From positions 10,935,728-10,999,727 of the forward strand of contig CAVNZM010000005.1 of assembly GCA_963693365.1 (NCBI GenBank): a stretch of 64,000 nt of DNA, written 5' to 3'. Shown here one piece after another: positions 17,981 through 31,717 of the stretch (its first letter is position 1; each line of letters opens with the position of its first letter). The notes beneath the pieces were generated by a model. That model did not search any database and was not told the origin of the DNA. It saw only the letters and a program-made list of their open reading frames with translations. Source of the stretch: Amoebidium appalachense. Taxonomy: Eukaryota > Protista > Ichthyosporea. The translations under genes were made by a program, and so were the position numbers.

Positions 17981-19727
17981 GGGAGATTTCAGACCGAACT
18001 GCAGAGTAGCCCAGTCCGGGTCTGGGATGACGTCATATTTTGCCTGGCACCATTCAGCCGTGGCCTGCCAGTCGTCCCTCTCTGCCCAGAAGATGTCTCT
18101 CAAGCCGTCCTTCTCGAAGTATTTGTGAATGCTGAACATCTGCGTGCACCTGGGAGGGGTATATGGGATTCATTGAACCCCCCCACAACTTCATCCTTCT
18201 GACATACAAATACCGCCCCCCTCGTCCCCCCTCCCCCCTCCGCTCCCATCCCCCACCCCACGAACAACACTTTGGAGGGAAAGAGGTAAGGGGTAGATTT
18301 CTGCAGACGTCGAAACGGAGGTGGTGGTGGGTCGGGGGGGAGGGGGTTTCTTACATCCGCGTAATATGGTAGGGTGTTTCTATACGTCTGAAAGGGGTTT
18401 GATTAAATCTGATTCTGAAGGGCGGATACTCATCACAAAATCTGGTAGGGGTTTTGTAGTTCTACATACGTCCAAAGGGGGGTTCTGCATATCATCCGAT
18501 CGGGGGTTTGAGAATCGCCATACATTCGGGGGAGGGGGGGGGGGGGCGGGGAGGGGAGGGAGAAGGGCCATTATCATCTTAAGAAAAAAAGGGGCTGGGG
18601 TTCCCCATAGATAGGGGAGGGGGGGGGGTCTATGTATTAACTTGCAGGTGGAAATGGGGTTCCTACGTCTGGTACTCCCATAGGTTGGCCCCCACATATT
18701 CGTTCTCTAGGCGGTAGCACACCTTGTCCTGGCTGGCATGTGTGGTACACCCCGGCAGCCTGGGCAAGGCCGTAAAATAGGTCTAGGGGCCGAGACGAGA
18801 GGGTCTGGGGGGTTTGGGGGTTAGTCTAACTGATTTTGATTTAGTTTAATAATTTGATTGGTCTGTCGGCTGTGGTGTGAAAGCTGCCGAAGAGAAGCAA
18901 CCTTGCTCCCAGAGCCTTTTTCCCGGTCCGAATACATTCTTCAGTTCTGAGAAACGGGTTTGCCCCCCCCCCCCCCCTCCCCACACACACACACACACAC
19001 ACACACACAATAAAAAAATAAATAGATAAATAAAATAAAATAAAAATCCCCCCCCCCCCCCCCCCCACAACAAACCAATCATTAATAAATATAAAACAAA
19101 TAAACTTGAAAAATCCCCCCCCCCCCCCCCTCCCCCCCTCCGGCCCTTCCTCCCCCTCCCCACGGACGAGATTAGACAGGCAATAGGGTGGCCTACAGCA
19201 GGCACAGTGTGCGCTCAGAGCATCAAACAGGTGGTGGGCACAGACACATGCAATATCAACCAAACCCCCCGGTAAGAGGGCATGGACGGTGGTTTCTATT
19301 TTTTTATTTTTTATTTTTTGGGGGGGGGGGGGGGGGGGGGGGGAAGGGGGGGGGGGGGAAGGGGGGGGGGGGGGGGGGGGGGAGGAAGGTTAAGCTAAAC
19401 CGGGGGGAAGGGGGGGGGGGGGGAGGCCCGGGAGGGGCAGGGGGAGTGGGGATGGGGGGGTTGGAGGCCCGGGAGGGGCAGGGGGGGGGGGGGGGGACCT
19501 TACCTTGTCACTCAAATATTCACAGGCAACCCTACATGGCCATGCAGGCAGGTCTCTTGGATCTTTCTGACCCGCAGCGGCAGTCAAATAGTTGGAGGGG
19601 TAAGGGAAGTTGCTCATGGCAAGAGTCTCGAAGGCTGTGGAAAGGAATGAACGAAGGCCACTGGCGGAGCCGGGTGACTGAAGGGGGTTGCATAGGTGGA
19701 AGGCCTCTTGCAGTCTGAGGTGTGTGT

Positions 19728-19771
<44 letters not shown>

Positions 19772-19829
19772 GGGGGGGGGGGGGGGGGGGGAGAGAGAGA
19801 GGGAGGGAGAGGGAGAGGGAGGGAGGGAG

Positions 19830-19860
<31 letters not shown>

Positions 19861-20456
19861 TAGAGAGAGAGAGAGAGAGAAGGTGGGAGGGAGAGTGGGG
19901 GGAGGGGGTGGTGGTGGTGGTGGTGATGAGGTGGGGAGGGGGAGGAGGGCAGGTTATGATGGCTGTTGGTGTGAGGTACAAACTTATACCTTATAACGTA
20001 ATGCTGATGTGTAATAATGAACACAGGCATAATACGTAACATACATAAGTAGAGCCCATTAGAGAAGGTGGTGGCGGTGGTGTGTGTGTGTAGGGGGGGA
20101 GGGAGGGGGGAGGGGGGAGGGGGGAGGGGGGGGGGGTGGGGGCACTATGTGCTCTTACATGTACCGGAACGGCACTTATAGGTATGTCACACTTGCAAGT
20201 AGATTCTGGGTGTGTGGGCCAGACCTCCCTCCCCGCTCCCCCCCCACCCCGCCTTCCCCCCAAATCATTCGATCCCGTCCTTCCTCTTACCTCTGTTACC
20301 TTCCTCCGTCAGCCTTAAACCATTCGACCATTCTATTCATTCGTAACAAAGACATAGTTCGAATTGCTCTTGCTCTATAAGGAAATGTGAACTTGTATGT
20401 CCGGTATTGTACGAGGAAAGGAGGGAGTGTGCTGGCGGCGGCAAAGGGATGGGGTG

Positions 20457-20489
<33 letters not shown>

Positions 20490-20514
20490 GGTGGGTGGTG
20501 GTGGTGGTGGTGGT

Positions 20515-20545
<31 letters not shown>

Positions 20546-20815
20546 GGGGGGGGGGGTATCAAGAGCAGGGTTTAGCACGATACACGCTGGAATAAATGGC
20601 GCCGAGGGAGAATATGGGAGTTATGCACTTTTATTTTATTTATTTTTTGGTTTGGTTTGGGGGGGTAAGGGTGTGAATATTTAGCATGCAAGCGAACTAA
20701 AACAATAGCTCAAAGCAGAGACACAAAGGGTGGTGTACAAAAATGAGACACGTAAACAGAGCCCACCATCAAAAGAGCTCCCGTGGGACTGTGGGTGGGT
20801 GTGTGTGTGTGTGTG

Positions 20816-20862
<47 letters not shown>

Positions 20863-21613
20863 TGTGTGTGTGTGTGTTGGGAGGGAAAGGTGGGGGGGGG
20901 GGGGGAATACTTTGTTCTTCCATCATCCGTCTCAGCGTATTTATCGTTGAGTGGCCATGCAGCACGTATGTTGTCAGCACATGCCGGTGCAGCGCCATGC
21001 TTAGCACTATAATCCCACGACACCATCTCCCAGTAGCGCACGGGGGTGGCAGCAGGCACATACTCGAGGATGGGTGCGCTGGCACTAATGGCACCATGCA
21101 CCGTGCCGGGGTACTTGAGACGGAACCAGGCAGCTGGGGGGAGGGGGAGAGAGAGAGAGAGGGGGGGGGGAGGGGGGGGTTGGGCAGGAGTGGGGTGGGG
21201 GGAGGGGGGAGAAGGGGTAGAAGAGAAGGAGGGGGAGGGTGGTGGATGTGTGTACGGGGGGGGAGGGGGGGGAGGGGGAGAGGGCCTGTAAATGTGTAAG
21301 TTGAGGAGCTAGTTGTTGGGGTTTTTATTTATTTATTTAAAGGCTTTTTTGAGGGCGGGGGGAAGGTTGTGGGGGGGGGGAGGGAGGGGTGAGGGATGGG
21401 GGGGAATGGAGAGAGGGGGGGAGGTGGAAAGCAAAAGGTTCGTGTGCGTGCAAGCCGTGTGGGGGGAGTGTGTGCATTTTTGTTGTGCGTGTGCCATGTG
21501 CAGGTGCAAGTGCAGGTCTGTGGTGTGTGTGTGCGTGCACGTGTGTGTCTGTGTGCCCATAGATGTGTGCCTGTGTGCCTGCACGGGTTTGCGCTTGTGT
21601 GTATAGATGCGCG

Positions 21614-21646
<33 letters not shown>

Positions 21647-21989
21647 GGTTATCTGCTGCTGGTTAGAAGAACGGCTACTAGAGCAAGATACACAAGGCTC
21701 ATTGATGCCGTGTGTATGCCGTATATAAGGCTCAAGTAGGCTTAGAGCTGGTGATAAGCCGGGGTTCCAGGGGGCGGGGGGGGGGGGGGGGGGGGGGGGG
21801 GGGTTGGGCAGGCGCACGGGTGGGCGGGCAGACAGCACGGGGACGCGGGGGGGGGGGCTATTATGCAAAAGGAACAAGATAGAGTGGCCACGTATAGAGA
21901 CGTAGGTGAAGCAATGATGCAGTGTATGGAAAGATGGATCATTTAGATTATATGAGGATAGAAAAGATTAGCCTGAGATTATATAAGGT

Positions 21990-22060
<71 letters not shown>

Positions 22061-23789
22061 CGGTGGCCCCAGGAGGGGGGGGGGGGGGGGGAAGGGGGAG
22101 GGGGGGCGAACAAGTGAACACATACACAGCTGGCCACCGTATGAACCGCCAAAAGCAATGACCGGGGCATCCATAGCCCTGTGGGTGTGCTTTAAGTGCA
22201 GAATTAAAGATGCAAAGTCGGCAAGCGCCTGGTCTACCGCCAGATAAGAGAGATCGGCATTCTCAATTAGGCTGACCCCGTAGTATCTGTCGGATGTTTG
22301 TGTGTATTTTTTTTTTATTAATTGTTTTTAAATTTTTTTTTTTTTGGGGGGGGGGGAGGGAGGGGGGGGGGGGGGGAGAAGGGGGGTGGAAAGGAGGGGA
22401 GGCATATGAGGTAGGATGACAGAAGGGAGGGGAAGGAGGGGACAGGAATGAGGGAGAGGTGATGGGGGAAGAAAAAGGGGGTTGAGAGTTTGAAACTGGG
22501 GAGAGGGGTAATAGGGAAGGGTTAGAATGTTGCACAAAGCATGGAGTACGAACAGAGGGCGAAGAAATGCAGTGCAGCACAACGAACGAACATGTGATGG
22601 ACACGGATAGACTCTTCCTGTTTATTCCCGTCCCCCCCCCCCACCCCCCCCTTCTTCCCCAACCCCCCTGCCCCTCCCCCCCCCCCCCCCCCCCTCTTCT
22701 CCCCCGTTGAGGCTCCCCAGCGGCACCCTCTCCCGGTTCCCCCCCCCCCCCCCCTCCCCTTCCCCTCTCCCCTTCCTGCTACCCCTTTAGTTCAGCGTTT
22801 TGTGTTGCTTGATCTCTTCGAGTGATCAAGCCACTTCTCACTATCACCCGATGTACTTGCAATATACAGGCCGTTTCAAACCGTGTTCACAGTTGCTCAT
22901 AGTTGCAGCTGCCGGGCGTAGCAACGTCTTTTGTGAGAACCACGGTGATAATATTAAACGTCCACCAAAGCATAGATCTCAAACAATCAAATACAAAGTT
23001 CTCTTATTTCCCGCTGAATTTCGTTTTTTCGCAACTAAGGGAAAACCTGGCAAGGCAGCAAGGCAGGCAGCATGAATGTCTCACATACATGGACACACAA
23101 GATGCTAACGAGCACGTGCGCCCACATCTAAGAAACAATCACACACATACACAACACACACCTACACACGTAAAAAACAGACATGCATACGCACGGGCGC
23201 CACACACACTATGTGCATAAATCCTCACGCTAGCTGTTGCACACATACAGACTACGGATAGTACATCCTCAAGCCCAAATCAAGAACGTGCATCTGGTTC
23301 TAGCCACCCACCCCCCCCCCTCCCCGCTCCCCCTCCACCCCCCGCTCCCCGTTCCCCCCTCTCCCTCCCAGCCCACAAGCGCACACACCTGTGCTCGGCA
23401 AACACCAGCAGTGCACCGTACTTGTCCGCATTCTCCCACATCAGCCCCGTATGGTTGACATACAGTGTTACATCCGCCTCGTTCCCGGTGTAGAAGAATA
23501 TCGGCCCGGCCTCCCCATCTCCCCTCCGCCTCCACGAGCTGTCGCAAAAGAAATAGCGTTGCTGGTAGAAGGGGGCTGCCTTTATAGGTGGTGCATAGTT
23601 GAAGTGGTCTGTGCGCTGCTTGTACCACCTTAAAGTGCAATTCTGCAACCCTGGCCTGCTGTCATACGAAGGGTTGGGCGGTGGGAGGTTGGCAGGGACG
23701 AAGGAGGGGTGGTTATTAAGGGGAATGGGGCGCGAACGAAGGGCGGCACAGGTGAGTGGGGAGAGGAGAAGAGGAAGAAGAAGCCACAT
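16712..23789 (-). CDS. PRCP: Serine carboxypeptidase S28 (lysosomal Pro-X carboxypeptidase / DPP7-like); exons approx. 23789-23389, 22286-~22128, ~21135-20911, 19714-19504, 18804-18667, 18149-17995, 17510-17383, 16912-16712
   Basis: Signal peptide MWLLLPLLL; QRTDHF, QQRY, PIFFYTGNE, AEHRYYG; catalytic GGSYGG, NIVFTNGNYDPW and GAHHLDL; also ASAPI and LAMSNFPYP. Splice phases are consistent except one +1 indel near 18740. Confidence 0.9.
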
Positions 23790-24156
23790 GGTGCTTGGCT
23801 GCGGCTTGAAGGCTCGGTGTTGCAAACAACAAGAGTGTGTTCACCCCCACTGGAACTTCTGCTTACAGTCAAACAAGAAAACCTCTGTTTGCCCCAAACG
23901 GGCGAAAGGGTTTCAACTTACAAACCAATCAAATAACCTACGCAATGGAACAAATATGCGAGCCCTTGCAGGGCAGGAAATATTATTCGTGCCGCCGGCT
24001 CCGGAGTGGCAGGTCCGGCCTTGCATATACATGGCACAGAAAGTATTTTTCGCAGCATTGCTAACAAAAAGGCAGTTGTAAAGTGGCTTTGATACGATAA
24101 AGCGAGGAGTAGAAAAGATAAACAAGGGTGGGGAGGGGGAAGGGGGGAGGGGGGAA

Positions 24157-24212
<56 letters not shown>

Positions 24213-25113
24213 TCGATCGGCGACCGTCCTGGCGGGGCCGGAGTCGAACACGTCTAGGCAGCCATGAAACGCATAGCAATAGACACGGCTTTTTAGTTCT
24301 ATTTCCCTCTCCCTCTCTCCCTCTTCCGGAGAGAGTCCCTCCATTTTTTTTTTCGCTCTCCTTTTTTTTTTCACGGCCTCGGCGCAATGCCCAAGGTTGC
24401 TCAGTGACCAAGGCGGGCCAATTTCAAGTCAAGAAATATCAAGCCCTGGTTGTGATGAGCTGTCCGCCAATCAAACGGCTCCCTTTGGCTTAAAAAGGCA
24501 GAAACGGTGACGCTATCAACACTGAGCAGCTTTCACTGTGACTGGGAGCGAGCTAGTCCGCCGAGTGTGCACGTGTTAAAAGAGGGTGTCACCGGTGAGG
24601 GTGTCACTCTGTGACAGGCGCTGAGTGTAGCTAACATGTGAGGCAACAGCGAGTTATAGGGATGAGGGCTCATAATAATTGATGCACGCAGACTAGACGT
24701 AGTCACCATGGCAAGGTCAGAAGCAGCTGTCAAAAGGAGAGGCAGCAAAAGAGAAAGTAAACACAGCACCGAATTGTATGTTTTTGCCCGTAACTGTGCG
24801 AGGATGGAAGTCAGTGTGTAGCGAAAACAATAGTCCAGAGACTCTCTCGCAACATGAAATTGGTTACCAGAGACGTTTTTAGCATCGCTGTCAATGTGAC
24901 GGGGCGTCCAAGTGCGGGCCTGTGGCACCAAACGTCTACTCGTACCGGGGCACCCACACTGGTAAGGCCCAAATAACCTAGCTGGTGCTAACACGCTCCT
25001 GCCTTTCTGTGCCTCCCCCTCCACCTCCCTTCCCCTTTCATCACCTCTCTTTCAATTCTCAGCTGTCTGATCTTCAAACTTTCACAATCACTGTGTAAAG
25101 AATGAAGACAGAT

Positions 25114-25153
<40 letters not shown>

Positions 25154-25812
25154 CCCCCCCCCCCCCCCCCCCCACACCCCCCCCCCCCCACACCCCCATC
25201 CCATCAGCTCGCCCGTCCTGCCTCGACGTATGCACACACACGCACACACCACTCCCTCCCATCACACCAGTTGCTCTATTTCCTGCAGTTTGTTGCTTGG
25301 CGCTTGCACCAGTGTTTTGTGCGCAGTCAGGCACCGTCACCTCTAGGCTTTACGCCTGGTCCATACCGATATGTTAACGAGTCACCTGGACCTTAGCTTC
25401 TCCATGCCACGTTTCTAAAATCACTCTTCTCTCCCCTCCTTTTCCATTCTAAGGAATGGTGTCTGAAAACTCAATTAAGCCAAAAGGGAAAGCACGCCTC
25501 AGGGTCATAACCCGTTCCTTCCCTTCCCCTCCCTCCTCCTCCCTCCCCCCCTGCCGCCCAATCCCGGATCCATATACGGAGTCTGACCATACGAGCACAC
25601 ATGCACACACCCACACACACACCAACACACGCCCGCCTGCGCATGCCCACACACATATACACGCAGAGAGAGACACATACACACACATTTACAGTCACTG
25701 GCACACGCAAGCATACACACACACAGATACACAAGACAAACTCACACACACAAAATAGGCACACGAACACACACAAGCTTGCACTCCCACATGCACGCAC
25801 ATCCGCGCGCGT

Positions 25813-25864
<52 letters not shown>

Positions 25865-26805
25865 ACGCACGGATGCGTGGGCACATACAGATACAAAACA
25901 CTATAACCACACGAAATACAAACACTTACTTGAACACACACGTGCCCACACTCACACACACGCGACGCACACGCACGCACGCACACACAAACACACACAC
26001 ACTTGCCCTGTTCTTGCTTATTAGCAGTATTTTTCTCTTTTTTTTTCTTTTGGCATGAGCTCCTGGACAGCTTTTATCAACCCTTTCTCCTCGACTTACT
26101 GTTCCCTCCCCCCCCCCCTCCCCCCCCCCCCCACCCCCCCCCCCCTCCCTCCCTCCCTCCCTCCCTCCCTCCCTCCCTCTCTCCCTCCCTCCCTCCCTAC
26201 CTCCCTCCCCCCCCCCCCCTCTCTCTCTCTGCCCCCCCCCCCCCCCCACCCTCTCTCTCTCTCTCTCTATTTCTCTCTCTCTGTCTCCCCCCCCCCCCCC
26301 CTCTCTCTGTCTCCCACCCACCCACCCACCCACCCACCCTCCGTCCATCCCTCCGTCTGTCCCTCCCTTCCTCCGTCCCTCCCCCTCTCCCCTCCCCTCC
26401 CATCCCCCTCCCTCCCTCTCTCCCTGCATCTCGCCCTTCCTACCTCCCCCCCCCCCCCCCCCCCCCCCCCTCCCCCTCCCCTCCCTCCCTCCCTTCTTGC
26501 CCCCTCCTCCCACCGCCTTCCCTGACCTCACTCAGCAAACACCAGACACTCGACACACTTTTCATATTTCGATCCCTCCATGCCACTCTGCACATTTCTT
26601 GTCTTATCACTTTTGGCCGTTGTTCGACTAAATCCTTCTTTGCCCCACGACCTTTCATATCCGTCACCAAGGAGGCTGTGTCTTTCCTTCCCTGGAACAC
26701 TCTTCCTCTCTCTCGGCTTTCCTCTTACTTCGTTTCCCACAGTCAGCCACCCACGTGCATTCAGCTCATTGAAGTGTGGAATTTATTCTTACTCGTTGCT
26801 CCTTA

Positions 26806-27340
26806 GGGGTTTACACACTTTTTATTGCGTGGACACTGCCGGAGGCCCAGCCACAGTCGACGGCCTCCTGCCTTTTCCAGCACAGCCAAACAAATGCAGC
26901 CAGTGACATATGTACATGCTAGGCAACAATGAGCGCCATCGTAGTATCTGACACCCCTATTACATATTATGGGTAAGCAGAGGCTAGCATCGGTAGCTCC
27001 GAAAGAAAGTTAAGGCACCGGATCACAATATCATACTGTGCAGCATTAATAAGGTGATCTAGGATAGTCATCTTAAAACGGATATATTGAGGAAGAGAGG
27101 AAGAAAAGAGAATAAAACCGCCAATAACCTCCGGTTCTAATACATTAGCTAACAGGTTGCATTTATTGATAGATATACAGCCGCGAGTAAACCGCCCCCC
27201 ACACATATTACACATGCGAGCAGGAGACACCAGAAACCGATTACACCGCCAAGCCATAATCATCTTTGCGTTTTTACACCACACCACATTACGAATAAAC
27301 GAATCTATGCATGAACGAGACTCTCTAACCGTCTCATCTC
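26806..27340 (-). mobile_element. 5'-truncated LINE family B (diverged relative of family A): ORF2 C-terminus + 3' UTR
   Basis: ORF 26967-27368 aligns to the family A C-terminus: AWRCNR..C..C..FTRGCI..KCNLL vs QWRSNK..C...FKRSCIAKCSLI, and ILDHLIN...YDIVIRCLNFL vs ILDFILN...YDLFIRCIDWL. Confidence 0.8.
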
Positions 27341-27527
27341 TCTCCCCTGTGCCGCCACCTCTTTCCATCCTTTCTACCGTCCCTCTTTCCGTCCTCTCTT
27401 CCCCCTCGTCTTAGCTCTCCCCATGTCTCCCATTGTTCTCGGCTCCCTCCTGCTCCCTTCGCACACTGCATGTGCTAAATACTCCTTGCGACATCTGGTG
27501 ACGTACATGCACACGACAAATACATAT

Positions 27528-27724
27528 GGGGGGTTTACGCTGTTTACTCGAGGCAAAGAGAACCAGTCTCAGGTATGGGGGGGGGGGGTTTGCTCGGAAT
27601 ATCCCCTCAGCGGTATATCATGATCACGTACATAGATGTCGGGTGGTGACTATATATCAGGGTTTACTTTCTCTACGAGACACCATAAAGACTACAAGGA
27701 GAAATCAATTAGTTGGGGTTCCCC

Positions 27725-27766
<42 letters not shown>

Positions 27767-27796
27767 GGGCTCCCCTCGGGACACTCGGTATCAGCT

Positions 27797-27850
<54 letters not shown>

Positions 27851-28277
27851 TGTGTGTGTGTGCGCGTGCGCTATAATTTTGTAGTGATGTGTTTCTCAAG
27901 CCAATCAATACATCTAATAAACAGGTCGTAGTTACGCGTGTTTAGTATAAAATCAAGGACGTTGTAATTTACAGGTAGGCTATCTTTCTGGGTGTCTGTT
28001 GTGAATGTGACGTGTGTGTGTTGCGGTATTATGTGGTCTATCAAACTACATTTGGCGATACATGACCGGTTAAACTGGTGTGTGTGTGTGTTGTTTGGGC
28101 ATGCAAATGATGCCACCTTATACTTATTAGATCTCCACTGTATAGCACGTGTACAGTAAAAGCGTGGTAATTGATCAATAATACCATCAGCTAGAGAAAG
28201 ACCAGTTCTACAGGAAGGTAATATGTATTTAGGTGTTATACACTTGCGAGTGCCATATTTGGCAATATGGTTGAGGC
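27528..28277 (-). mobile_element. 5'-truncated LINE family A copy (~750 bp)
   Basis: Near-identical reverse complement of ~2528-3320, flanked by a 15-bp direct repeat acgtacatgcacacg at 27501-27515 and 28283-28297 (TSD-like, offset by a few bases). Confidence 0.93.
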
Positions 28278-28672
28278 ACGTCACGTACATGCACACGCAA
28301 CGACCTTGCTCGAGAGTCCAATCATGCGGCAAGTTCAAAGCGGCGAGACGTACGCGTAGTTGTATTTGTATGATTGATCAAAAGATAGGTTTATAAAGTC
28401 TTTAAATCATATATTTGATTGTGGGGATAGGAACTTGGGCGCACTGCTGATTTTATTATCATCCATGATGATAATCGCCTTATGATTTGGCTCAGCTTGC
28501 CCACGGTGCTCACGCGTACAGCCAGAGGAGTGTAGAGGAGTGTTGACTTGCAAGACGAACAGTTTCTCAGCTCAAAAGCACCCAGCTTACGACAAGTCGC
28601 TGAAAAGGTCAAGTCTGCTACCAAACGAAAAACAACACAACCTTTTCCTTTATTTATAGCTTCTTGATAACC

Positions 28673-31356
28673 ATGGCGTCTTCTGGCCACATCACCGTCT
28701 CCCTTGAGGCCGACATCACGGAGATGACGGGGGGCACGTTCGGTGCCATTGATGTCTGTGTGGCCACAGATGTGACCTACGGAAAGAAGTGGGCACTCAA
28801 GCGACAGCAAGGCGACAGAGCCACCCTACAGCACGGGGCCGGGCACAACTCCAGTCTAGAGCGCGAGTTTTAGATTGCGGTGGGGCTGGGCTTGGGCCAT
28901 CGATATCCTAACCTGCTGCTGCCAAAAGCCTATGCTAGGTCGTGGGAGGCCAAGCCGGGCGGGCACACCATACCTGTGAGTGTTAATGAATGAGTGCATC
29001 ACCTAGAATTTCGTGGAAATGGTCAGAGTTGGTGGGTGAATTGAGGGTTTCTCGGTGTTTGAGTGAGATTGGGGGTTTGTTTTCGTAGACACATGGACAT
29101 CATGGTGCACCATATGCGTACGCTTGCACCAACGTTTACCCCTGAATCGTGTGACCAGACCTTCCATGTTGAATAGGCATCAGTAATGTTGTGCACTCCA
29201 GGTCTGAAGTTTGTCCGCGGAACTTGCGGGAAGCATGGATACACGTCGAGCAGTCTAGGTTCGGAAAGGAAAATTCGTGTCATTAGCTCCAAGTTATGAT
29301 CATGGCCGTTTCGTACCGTGCAAAAGTAGCATCATGTGCCAAATGAGAACTGAGAATACCACCCCGTCCTTTGCCCCTACCCACCCGACCACCCAGTCAC
29401 CCCTTCACAACCCCGCTCCTGCTGCACATACTTCCTCAGCCTCAACCACTTTGGGTTCTCTTCACATGGTTTTGCATCGTGCATTCTCTCTTTTTTCGCC
29501 CATTATTCAGGACTTGTCTTCTCAGACTAACGATGCACATTTTTTTTTGCGTACTAACTGTAGCATTATGTTTTCCCACAGGGCATTCTCTTCGACTACT
29601 TCCCGTCCAAGGACATTGTGTACGATTTCTCGGATGTCTACAACGAGCACATCTCTCAGGGTCTGGACACGGGCGAAGCCAAAGCGCTCATGCAAGTAAA
29701 CATGTATCGGCTGCTGAGACAGGCAGCGTGCGGCCTTGAACACCTGCACAACAACGGGGTGGCCCACATGGACTGCCATGCCGGCAACATCCTTGTTGGC
29801 CGGGAGGAGGACGGGACGGTGAGGGCAAAGGTCATCGACTTTGGCCTGTCGGAGGGTGGGGGGCAGCAGTTTGCGCCGTGCGACCCCACACGTCACTCTC
29901 TGATGTCACCGGAAGAACAGGCGGCATGCAAGGCTAGGGTTATCAGAATAAATGTGGAGCAGAGGCAGGATTCGGTCCTGTGACCTCTGTAAGAGAATCA
30001 CTTCTACATAGCGGATCGAGAGTAGAGAGGTACGCAGGAAGTGGTTTGAGATCTCGGATCCTCCGGTCCATCTGAGGATGGTCCGCCTGCTTTATATACC
30101 TGCGCGGATGCCAGTCCGCGAATACATCTTGTAATAGGATTACAGATAGTCTCTTAGGATGGATCGGGGTTATGTACTAGCCAATAGGAAGACAGTTATG
30201 GTTCCTGGCGTATGCTGCCCCAGGCGGTCCCCAAGTACGCGGGGGCGGGATAGGCGGGAACAGCTAGGCTAAGTACGTGACTGGGAAGAGCAGGAATAAA
30301 CAGATACATAGACTATTCTATCATAACACACCCCTTCTGCGATATGCCAGTCACTAGCGAAGGCAGAAATCTATGTCTGCAGAAAGAAAAAGTTACAGGT
30401 GATGCATATGCCACGTAGCACCCCTTGTCAGAGAGACCCAAAATAAGTTGCAGGTATAAAGCATGAAAGTAACGCAAAAATACACTAGCGCTTCAGTCCT
30501 TAGAAATCCTTTAAGTCTCACACATCCAAGGCTGGATCCTCGGACAACTGTTGAGTTGTGAGCATAGCGGCGCTCAGCAGTGTCCTTGTGCAGTAGCGGA
30601 CCGGAAGATGTTCATGCTGCGACATGAAGAGAACTTCAAGTGAAAAGAAGATCTAGAAGACGTACATCCAGTTGCTGTAGTAGTACCACGACCGAAGATG
30701 AAGTAGATGTAGCTATTCAACGTGTAGTACCGTCCCTCCTCAGTGCAGTTGGAAAAGTACGTGACTGGGAAGAGCAGGAATAAACAGATAGACTATTCTA
30801 TCATAACAGGGGTGGACCATGTGGTAGACGGAACCAAGTGCGATGTGTGGAGGTTTGCGTGCGCCATCTACACCTTGCTCTATGTCGCGGCCCATGGGTT
30901 CGACCCCTCCCTCACCGCCAACTACACCCCGTTCAAAAGTGGCACCGCGTTATGCTGCAACCGGCACAACGACACATACAACGACTTCACCCCCGCCAGT
31001 GAGACCATCGACCACATCAAGAAGCAAGACAAGTGTGGCCCCCTGGGACAAGACGTGGCCAATTTGCTGGAGGGGTGCTTTGAGTTGGACCCCAGCGCCA
31101 GATTTTCAATGAGTGACGTCATCAGGTCCCTTGATGACATCATCTCTCGCCTGGATCCGGAGCTAGAGCGTAACCCCCCTCCACATGCAACCATTAGGCA
31201 AGAGCAGGCGGATGAGACGGTGGCGGTGATGCGGAATGTCGTGGAAGCAGTGCGGGCAGTGGTCGGGTCTGTCAGTGCTGGGAGGGGGCATGAGGGTCGG
31301 CTGCGGGCCATGGTGGAGGCAGTCAATGTCGCTGCAGCAAAAGTGCAACACAGTCG
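28673..31356 (+). pseudogene. Ser/Thr-type protein kinase pseudogene (non-RD); exons 28673-28975 and 29582-31356, the latter split by an LTR insertion
   Basis: GGTFG, WALKR, LEREF, GLEHLHNNGVAHMDCHAGNIL, VIDFG, MSPE, KCDVWRF, CFELDPSARF. In-frame TAG at 28871-28873 and an ~870-bp insertion between subdomains VIII and IX. Confidence 0.85.
29939..30808 (-). mobile_element. Internally deleted LTR retroelement remnant: one near-complete LTR (29939-30328), polypurine tract, short internal piece, 54-bp start of the other LTR (30755-30808)
   Basis: Direct repeat 30271-30328 vs 30755-30808 ending tcataaca (TGTTATGA on -); opposite end gttatcag; minus-strand agaaggggtg abuts the LTR; TATA-like tatataaa near 30091-30098 on -. 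Confidence 0.75.
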
Positions 31357-31686
31357 GTGTGGAGTATGTATACCCCCTAACCCCCCCCCCCCCCCCTCCC
31401 CCCCCCCCCCCCTCCCCTCCCTCCCTCCCCACTAAGACATCCTTTTCCCATCATAGCCTATGTTTTTAGTTTGAATAATGAAAGATGTTATCACAATGGT
31501 GATATGATGCCGTGACTTGGAAAAAGTCTTGGAGAAAACGAAAAGTAGAAAAGAGAATAACAAAAGGATAGGGTGGGAAGGAAGAAAACAAGGCCGTGGT
31601 GCGGAATGAAATAATGAAGAAAGGAATCATTCGGAAAGGACAGAAGCTTAATGATGATGAAGGCCGACGGAAATAGAGAAAATGAA

Positions 31687-31717
<31 letters not shown>

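Noticed and set aside
24395-24531. 11-bp stem gttgctcagtg/cactgagcagc enclosing tgatgag...gaaac
   Set aside because: The core is GUGAUGA rather than CUGAUGA, inner stems are weak and there is a single copy.
24533-25024. 163-aa minus-strand ORF
   Set aside because: No recognisable motif or splice support.
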